Assembly: GCA_964514965.1 (NCBI GenBank)
Contig: CAZETV010000001.1
Coordinates: 210,001 to 242,000 of the forward strand
From: Candidatus Hadarchaeota archaeon
Lineage (GTDB): Archaea; Hadarchaeota; Hadarchaeia; Hadarchaeales; Hadarchaeaceae
Length of the DNA stretch: 32,000 nt
Direction: 5' to 3'
Shown: one piece after another, positions 26,471 through 32,000 of the stretch
How the letters are laid out: each line of letters begins with the position of its first letter
Position numbering within the stretch: the first letter of the stretch is position 1
Translations under genes and position numbers: made by a program
Notes under the pieces: generated by a model
Database searches by the model: none
What the model was told of the DNA's origin: nothing
Seen by the model: the letters and a program-made list of their open reading frames with translations, nothing else

Positions 26471-26545
26471 TGCCCCCGCCGGGATTTGAACCCGAGTCGC
26501 GAGCTCGAGAGGCTCGCATGATTGACCGGTCTACACCACAGGGGC
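26471..26545 (-). tRNA. tRNA-Glu(CTC), intronless, CCA not encoded
   Basis: Minus strand: GCCCCTG TG GTGTAGACCGGTCAATCAT G CGAGC CTCTCGA GCTCG CGAC TCGGG TTTGAAT CCCGG CGGGGGC A. Confidence 0.94.
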
Positions 26546-26644
26546 ACCGTTTAATCGTACCCGCTCAAATGTAAAAAGTTTCTCAGGATGGCGGGCCCGG
26601 TAGACTAGAACCCGAGTCCAAGCTTGCTGCCGTTTTTTTGATAT

Positions 26645-27577
26645 TCACGGAATTTTTTCCAAGACAGCTTCGACATTCCACATATTCGAGTCTCGGAGAA
26701 TCCGTATCTCTACTTTTTCTCCAACATTTCTTTTTTGAATTTCTTCCACCAGTTCTTCTATTTTATTTGTTGTTTTGCCCTCGAATTCAAGAACGATATC
26801 ACCGGGAACGATTCCAGAATTGTCTGCGGGGCTGCCCGACATCACTCTTGCAACAAGAACTCCTTTGACAACAGGCAAGCCATAATAAGATGAGATTTCT
26901 CTGGTGATAGTCAATCCACTTATACCCAGCCAAGCCCCAATCACACCTTTGCGAGTAATTATTTCTTCGGCGCATTTTTTAGCTGAATTTATCGGAATAG
27001 CGAAACCTATGCCCTGAGCAAAAGGGATAATCGCTGTGTTAATGGCGACCACTTTCCCCCGCATATCAACCAGAGGTCCACCACTATTCCCAGGATTTAT
27101 AGCGGCGTCGGTTTGAACGAGATTTTCTATCACGCCTCGTTGAGATTCTATAGATCTGTTCAGAGCGCTTACCACCCCAGAGGTAACTGTCGGACCACCG
27201 GTGAGTCCGAAAGGATTGCCAATAGCAAAAACCCTTTGACCAACTTTTAATTTATCAGAGTCACCCAGTTCTGCGGCCGGGAGCTTTTCACCCTTCACTT
27301 TAATAATAGCCACATCATGGATTGAACATGACCCCACAATTTCCCCGGATAACGTATGCCCATCGACCGTAGTAACGCCGATTTTCTCTGCATCCATAAT
27401 AACATGGTTGTTTGTCAAGATGTGGTCTTTTGAAATAATAATCCCCGAACCCATTCCTTTGAGCGGGACTACTCTGTAGAAGATGTGGTGGAGAAGCTTA
27501 ATCGTGCTTACGTTGACCACACTGTGACTGACTTTATCTAGCACTTCCAAAACTGAAGCCTCATCATAATTTGGCAA
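26645..27577 (-). CDS. HtrA/DegP-like trypsin-PDZ serine protease
   Basis: 310 aa. His 'LTNNHVIMDAE', Asp 'HDVAIIKVK', Ser 'NPGNSGGPLVD', followed by a PDZ domain 'KGVLVARVMSGSPADNSGIVPGDIVLEFEGK'. No signal peptide is apparent. Confidence 0.94.
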   Translation of the reverse strand: MPNYDEASVLEVLDKVSHSVVNVSTIKLLHHIFYRVVPLKGMGSGIIISKDHILTNNHVIMDAEKIGVTTVDGHTLSGEIVGSCSIHDVAIIKVKGEKLPAAELGDSDKLKVGQRVFAIGNPFGLTGGPTVTSGVVSALNRSIESQRGVIENLVQTDAAINPGNSGGPLVDMRGKVVAINTAIIPFAQGIGFAIPINSAKKCAEEIITRKGVIGAWLGISGLTITREISSYYGLPVVKGVLVARVMSGSPADNSGIVPGDIVLEFEGKTTNKIEELVEEIQKRNVGEKVEIRILRDSNMWNVEAVLEKIP

Positions 27578-27653
27578 GATTCCCCTCCAAACTTTAGAAC
27601 AAAATATTTAGGCCTTCCTACTTTTTATTTTTTTTGATAATGGAAGTTTAGAA

Positions 27654-28505
27654 CTACATAAATTCCTGTAAAACACTCTGAACCGAGGGTAACGGTTTTT
27701 CACCGACGAGCACTCGGTCACCCAGCAACTGCTTTTCGTAAATTTCTTTCTTCACTTGGTAAAAGAGACCAATCGGGATTCGATCGTTCCACTCCTTGGC
27801 TTTCTCCCATGCCGCCGCGAAGTCCTCCAAGTTGTGCCCTTCTTTGTTGAGATCGTAAACTTTGGGTTTGAATTTTTCCAGAGTGGGGTTGAAGCTCGGG
27901 CAGTGCTGAAGAACATCAATGAAGGCAAATCCGCGATGTCGCATCGCCTGCAAGATGAGGGAGCGCAGGTGCTGCATATCTCCAGTGAAGCCACGGGCCA
28001 CGAACGTCGCGCCACAGGCCAGCATCAGGTGAAGCGGGTTAAGCGGGGGCTCGAAGCTCCCCCTGGGGGCTGACTTGGTCCTGAACCCTATGGGGGTAGT
28101 GGGGGTGATTTGGGAAGTTGTCAGGGCGAAAACCTGGTTGTCGTGCACGACGAAGGTGGCATCGAGATTTCTCCGGGCCGCGTGGATGAGGTGGCTGACC
28201 CCCTCGTCGTAAGCGTCGCCATCGCCGGCAAACCCGATAACTTTCAGGCGCTGGTTCGCAACCTTCATGCCCATGATGGGCGGTACTACCCTGCCGTGCA
28301 GACAGTAAAAGCTGTTGACCTTGATGTAGTCAGATACCTCACCGTGACAGCCAATCCCAGAAGAGACGACGATCTGCTCCGGCTTCACGTCTTCCGACCT
28401 CACGAGCTCGGCCATTGCCCATTTGACTGCCGCGAGAATGATGAAGTTGCCGCACCCAGGGCACCAAGTGTTCTTGGCAGGACTATCGAATTCTCTTATG
28501 TCCAC
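27654..28505 (-). CDS. korB: 2-oxoacid:ferredoxin oxidoreductase beta subunit (TPP-binding)
   Basis: GTG start giving VDIREFDSPAKNTWCPGCGNFIILAA; TPP motif 'GFAGDGDAYDEGVSHLIHAARRN'. The track ORF to 28787 is an upstream artefact overlapping korA. Confidence 0.92.
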   Translation of the reverse strand: MDIREFDSPAKNTWCPGCGNFIILAAVKWAMAELVRSEDVKPEQIVVSSGIGCHGEVSDYIKVNSFYCLHGRVVPPIMGMKVANQRLKVIGFAGDGDAYDEGVSHLIHAARRNLDATFVVHDNQVFALTTSQITPTTPIGFRTKSAPRGSFEPPLNPLHLMLACGATFVARGFTGDMQHLRSLILQAMRHRGFAFIDVLQHCPSFNPTLEKFKPKVYDLNKEGHNLEDFAAAWEKAKEWNDRIPIGLFYQVKKEIYEKQLLGDRVLVGEKPLPSVQSVLQEFM

Positions 28506-30187
28506 TCGAATGCCTCCTTTAGCTTCGCCGCGAGCCCCACGGGGTCGAATGGTCTCCCGTCGCTCTTGAGTATCGCCTTCTCGATGTAGCGTCCCGTCTG
28601 CTCCCTGATAAGCGAGCGAAGCTGCCCAGTCATGTTGACCTCGACGCAAACAATGCTCTTCGCCTGCTCCAAGTGCCCTTCCACGCCCCATGCGGGGAAG
28701 GGACTGAGGTACATAATCTGTAGAAACTTCAGCGGCTTGTCGATGAGTTGCATCGCCTCGAGCACCGCGCCCTTGGTTGACCCCCACGAAACTACCAAAT
28801 TCTCTGCGTTGGAGTCACCGTGAATTTTCACATTTTCTCGCTTCTTTAAATCCTCGATTATTCCTTCCATTTTCCGCAGTCGTTTCTGCAGCATGTTGGT
28901 TATGCCCTCGCGGGTGTCGACCTCGTATCCTTGCTCGTCGTGCTCGTAGCTCGAAACTTTAACAATTGCCCCAGGCGTTCCGGGGAGGACTATGGGGGAA
29001 ACCCCGCTGTCGGTGAATTTGTATCGTTTGTACTCATCCTCCCACCTTTCGACAATACTGCTGGGCTCAACGTTTACTTTGCGCTCATCAATCACGATGC
29101 TCATATAGCTCTCCAGCAGGTGCTTGTCCGCCAAAACCACGACCGGAATCTGATATCTCCAAGCGAGGTTCATTGCTTCTCCACATTTCACGAACGCCTC
29201 CTCGGGATCTCCTGGTGCTACCACTATGCGGGGAAACTCTCCATGCCCGGCGTGAAGAATGAACTCCAGGTCGGCCTGCGCTGTGTAAGTCGGCGCTCCT
29301 ACAGCAGGCGCCGGGCGCTGACCCACCACGAAGATCGCTGGTATCTCGGACTGGCCCGCCATGCTGAATGCCTCCTGCATCAGCGCGAACCCTCCACTGG
29401 CTGTACCAACCATGCACCTCACCCCACCGTAGGCGACGCCCAATGCCATGTTGGCCACGCCCACCTCATTCTCGGGATGAACCACCGCTATCCCGAGCTC
29501 ATCCTGATGTGTACCCATAAAAGAAAGGATCGGGGTTGATGGCGTCATCGGGTAACTTATGTAAACTTTCATTCCTGCCTTTACTGCCCCGAGCGAGACG
29601 GCTTCGGTCCCGGAAATGAAAGGAGTCGGACCGCGCTTGACTGAATCGAGTTTGAGGATTTGATCGAATTTCTGCTTGGCGTGGTTGAACCCCATGCTTG
29701 CAATCGCGATGTTTTTTTCAGCCTTTTTGCCGTAAACCGAAGTCAAGATTTCGTTAACGAGGTCAAGAGGCATACCATACAGGTGGGCGATGGAACCAAT
29801 CATAGCTGAGTTTCTCATTATCGGGATGCCCCCAACTTCCCTGACCATGGTGGAGAGTGGGATCGGGTAAGCATTGTGTGATCCGGTATAACTCGCCTTG
29901 TCACTGTCGAAGAGTACACGGCCATCCTCCGTCAATTCATTATCGTGTCGGGATATTGTGTCTTGATTAAGGGCGGCAACCAGACCCACCGCTTCCAGAT
30001 GGCTCCATATCTGACGACTTGAAGCCCTCACTCTACAGAAGTTGTGGCCGCCTCGGATGAGAGAGGGATAGTCACTTATGACGAAAGCGTAAAGGCCGAG
30101 GCGGTTGAAAGCCTTGCCTAAGAGCTCTGCTGTCCGCATCACCCCGTCTCCAGCCTCTCCGCCAATGAGAAAAGAAATATCCTGCAT
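28496..30187 (-). CDS. korA: 2-oxoacid:ferredoxin oxidoreductase gamma-alpha fused subunit
   Basis: 563 aa. Gamma domain 'GEAGDGVMRTAELLGKAFNRLGLY', alpha domain 'TPFISGTEAVSLGAVKAGMKVYISYPMTPSTPIL'. Overlaps korB by 10 bp. Confidence 0.94.
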   Translation of the reverse strand: MQDISFLIGGEAGDGVMRTAELLGKAFNRLGLYAFVISDYPSLIRGGHNFCRVRASSRQIWSHLEAVGLVAALNQDTISRHDNELTEDGRVLFDSDKASYTGSHNAYPIPLSTMVREVGGIPIMRNSAMIGSIAHLYGMPLDLVNEILTSVYGKKAEKNIAIASMGFNHAKQKFDQILKLDSVKRGPTPFISGTEAVSLGAVKAGMKVYISYPMTPSTPILSFMGTHQDELGIAVVHPENEVGVANMALGVAYGGVRCMVGTASGGFALMQEAFSMAGQSEIPAIFVVGQRPAPAVGAPTYTAQADLEFILHAGHGEFPRIVVAPGDPEEAFVKCGEAMNLAWRYQIPVVVLADKHLLESYMSIVIDERKVNVEPSSIVERWEDEYKRYKFTDSGVSPIVLPGTPGAIVKVSSYEHDEQGYEVDTREGITNMLQKRLRKMEGIIEDLKKRENVKIHGDSNAENLVVSWGSTKGAVLEAMQLIDKPLKFLQIMYLSPFPAWGVEGHLEQAKSIVCVEVNMTGQLRSLIREQTGRYIEKAILKSDGRPFDPVGLAAKLKEAFEWT

Positions 30188-30374
30188 TCCAGCCCTTTCA
30201 AAAGCTTCGTTTTATCCCAAAGGCCTGTTTAAGTGTTTGTATCGCCGTACTTTCGAAAGAACCCGTCAAAACTTCAGGTTTAAATTCTACTTCGCTTGGA
30301 AAGAGTGGCCCTGCGATAAATATCCCCATAGTTTCTACAATATACTATTAATCCTCAAAAGATAAAATTATTAC

Positions 30375-30670
30375 GCCGGTGAGCTGGTGGGCGACTTCCG
30401 GGCGAAAGCCTGAGGAAACTCCGTCCATCAAGCAGGCCCGCGAACCCAAAAGGGTACGGTCGAGAGATCGGGAAGATGGAACAGAAACGACACCTCCCGA
30501 CTCGCGCAAGGATGCGGTGACGCTGAGGTCGAGTCGACGGGGATGAAACGGCCATCACGCGGGATGCAAGGGCAAATTACCGCCGATGAACGCCTACTGG
30601 AGGTGGGTGGTAGCCCGCTAAGCTAAATGTCGCCTTAAAACAGAAGACGGGTTACATCCAGCACGCCGGC
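30375..30670 (+). ncRNA. rnpB: RNase P RNA (archaeal)
   Basis: Conserved CR-I 'TGAGGAAACTCCGTCC', CR-IV-like 'GGAACAGAAACGACACC', CR-V 'ACAGAAGACGGGTTAC'. Terminal P1 pairing between 5' GCCGGTG-A-GCTGG and 3' CCAGC-A-CGCCGGC. Confidence 0.93.
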
Positions 30671-30740
30671 TTTGGTTATCTAACAAGATTGTCGGCTAAC
30701 AATTAAATATTATGAAAACTAACAACTAAGTGGGTAAAAA

Positions 30741-31049
30741 ATGTTATCGACAATACCCATAAATCTTGAGAAAGTAAAAAAAGAAGACTTGAATAAAGAA
30801 ATTCTAAGAATCGGGATAATAGCAGAATTGGACGCCGTAAATCTCTACGAACAAATGGCGGCCATGACCGAAAATGAAAATATTAAGAAAATTCTTTTAG
30901 ACATAACAAAAGAAGAAAAAACACATGTTGGAGAATTTCAAACTTTGTTGTTGAAAGAAGACAAAGAGCAAGAAAAAGAATTGGAAGAAGGCAAAAAAGA
31001 AGTTAATGAATTAGTGGGTAAAACAAGCCCATTGCAGCAAAAAACATGA
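30741..31049 (+). CDS. Encapsulin-associated-type ferritin-like (EncFtn-like) small protein
   Basis: 102 aa. 'EILRIGIIAELDAVNLYEQMAAMTENENIKKILLDITKEEKTHVGEFQTLL' matches the short ferritin-like domain with Glu and ExxH ligands. Confidence 0.82.
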   Translation: MLSTIPINLEKVKKEDLNKEILRIGIIAELDAVNLYEQMAAMTENENIKKILLDITKEEKTHVGEFQTLLLKEDKEQEKELEEGKKEVNELVGKTSPLQQKT

Positions 31050-31074
31050 TTGAAGCTAGGAATTTGATGATCGC

Positions 31075-31590
31075 ATGGTAAAATTGTGGAGATGCGAGAT
31101 TTGTGGTGACCCCTACATAGGGGAGAGTCCGCCAAATAACTGCCCTTTTTGTGGGGCACATATAAAATACATGAAAGAGGTGAAAGAAGCCAAAGTTAAT
31201 TTTGATGTTGAACTGAATGATAAAGATAAAGCGAATGCTGAGCGCGCTTTACAGGTAGAAGTGAGCAACGCTGCGTTTTATTTCTGCGCTGCCGAAAAAA
31301 CAGACGACGAAGGAAAATTATTGTTCAAGGCTTTAGGAAAAGTAGAAGCAGAACATGCCAGTGTCTGGAAGAAAATATTAAAGCTTGAAAAAGTACCTCA
31401 GGCGAGTGAGCAATGTCACGTAAGCAATAAAGAAAATTTAGAAGAATCCCATGCGAGAGAAACAAGAGCCATTGAATTTTATGAAAAGGCAGCTGCAGAT
31501 TCTGAGAATGAGAGAGTAAAACAGATATTTGAAGCGTTTGTCGAAGTGGAAAAATATCATTTAAAACTTTCAGAAGAAAGGCTAGAATAA
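31075..31590 (+). CDS. Rubrerythrin with N-terminal rubredoxin-like domain
   Basis: 171 aa. N-terminal 'CEICG...CPFCG' then a four-helix diiron domain with 'EVSNAAFY', 'EAEHASVW', 'ESHARETRAIEFYEKAA' and 'EVEKYH'. Confidence 0.92.
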   Translation: MVKLWRCEICGDPYIGESPPNNCPFCGAHIKYMKEVKEAKVNFDVELNDKDKANAERALQVEVSNAAFYFCAAEKTDDEGKLLFKALGKVEAEHASVWKKILKLEKVPQASEQCHVSNKENLEESHARETRAIEFYEKAAADSENERVKQIFEAFVEVEKYHLKLSEERLE

Positions 31591-31624
31591 TCACGCTCAA
31601 GGCGAGAAAAAAAGGAGGTGAAAC

Positions 31625-32000
31625 ATGGCAGGACTAAAACGGATTTACAAATGCAATGTTTGCGGAAATATAGTCGAAGTTTTGCACGCAGGAGTAGGAG
31701 AGCTTGTTTGTTGCGGACAGCCGATGGAATTACTTAAAGGGAAGACTAAGGATGTTGGTCTAGAGAAACATGTCCCTGTTATAGAAAAAACAGATGCGGG
31801 AATAAAAGTAAAAATCGGTTCAGTTCCCCACCCAATGGAAGAAAACCACCACATAGAATGGGTGGAGATAATCGCCGATGGTGAGGTTTTCAGAAAATTC
31901 TTGAAACCAAGCGATAAACCAGAAGCAGAATTCGAAATAAAAACAGAAATGATTGAAGCAAGAGAATACTGCAATATCCACGGTTTGTGGAAGTCCGGAT
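31625..32000 (+). CDS. Desulfoferrodoxin / superoxide reductase (truncated by window end)
   Basis: Translation [37 protein letters not shown]...[10 protein letters not shown]...[19 protein letters not shown]...[12 protein letters not shown]. It has N-terminal CxxC/CC and the SOR His/Cys ligands. Absent from the + strand ORF track because it runs off the edge. Confidence 0.93.
   Translation, partial: MAGLKRIYKCNVCGNIVEVLHAGVGELVCCGQPMELLKGKTKDVGLEKHVPVIEKTDAGIKVKIGSVPHPMEENHHIEWVEIIADGEVFRKFLKPSDKPEAEFEIKTEMIEAREYCNIHGLWKSG

Noticed and set aside
26471-26545. Possible intron in tRNA-Glu, from the apparent 9-nt loop if stem GCGAG/CTCGC is used
   Set aside because: Shifting to stem CGAGC/GCTCG gives a standard 7-nt loop CTCTCGA with anticodon CTC, so no intron is needed.
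28506-28787. N-terminal extension of korB in the track ORF
   Set aside because: It overlaps korA and is composed of low-quality Arg/Gly-rich sequence. KorB similarity begins at VDIREFDSPAKNTWCPGCGN (GTG start at 28505).
29088-29417. 109-aa minus-strand ORF and similar off-frame ORFs inside korA (28632..28823, 28931..29539)
   Set aside because: Explained by high-GC off-frame reading of a well-supported korA gene.
1-32000. CRISPR arrays, transposases, phage genes or diversity-generating elements
   Set aside because: No regularly spaced short repeats, transposase/integrase motifs or reverse-transcriptase motifs were seen on either strand. The only sizeable repeats noted are those between paralogous signalling genes.

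Overview
This is an archaeal chromosomal window. Supporting features are a class I LysRS, intron-bearing tRNAs, archaeal-type RNase P RNA, a short XPF-like nuclease, a two-subunit 2-oxoacid:ferredoxin oxidoreductase and KaiC/RadA-family ATPases. Housekeeping parts are lysS, an aminotransferase, XPF nuclease, NFACT/RqcH, NfeD, an SPFH protein, proC, larB, a Sua5/YrdC protein, an ABC transporter, an HtrA-like protease, korAB, rnpB, and a ferritin-like/rubrerythrin/desulfoferrodoxin redox-stress cluster. The most notable region is a candidate signalling island at about 3.1-13.3 kb. It contains two paralogous histidine kinases that share a long uncharacterised domain (one fused to a membrane segment, one apparently split from it), and small membrane proteins upstream of each. 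It also has two stand-alone receiver proteins linked by a 58-bp perfect inverted repeat, a solute-binding-protein-like gene with no signal peptide or transporter genes, a UbiA-family protein, and two KaiC-like ATPases, one with a broken Walker A motif. Other points of interest are small anticodon-loop introns in tRNA-Thr and tRNA-Leu, a stand-alone homolog of an encapsulin-fused ferritin domain, and a tRNA 3'-end-like remnant. No CRISPR array or obvious mobile element was seen. All family assignments come from motif reading and recall, with no database search.
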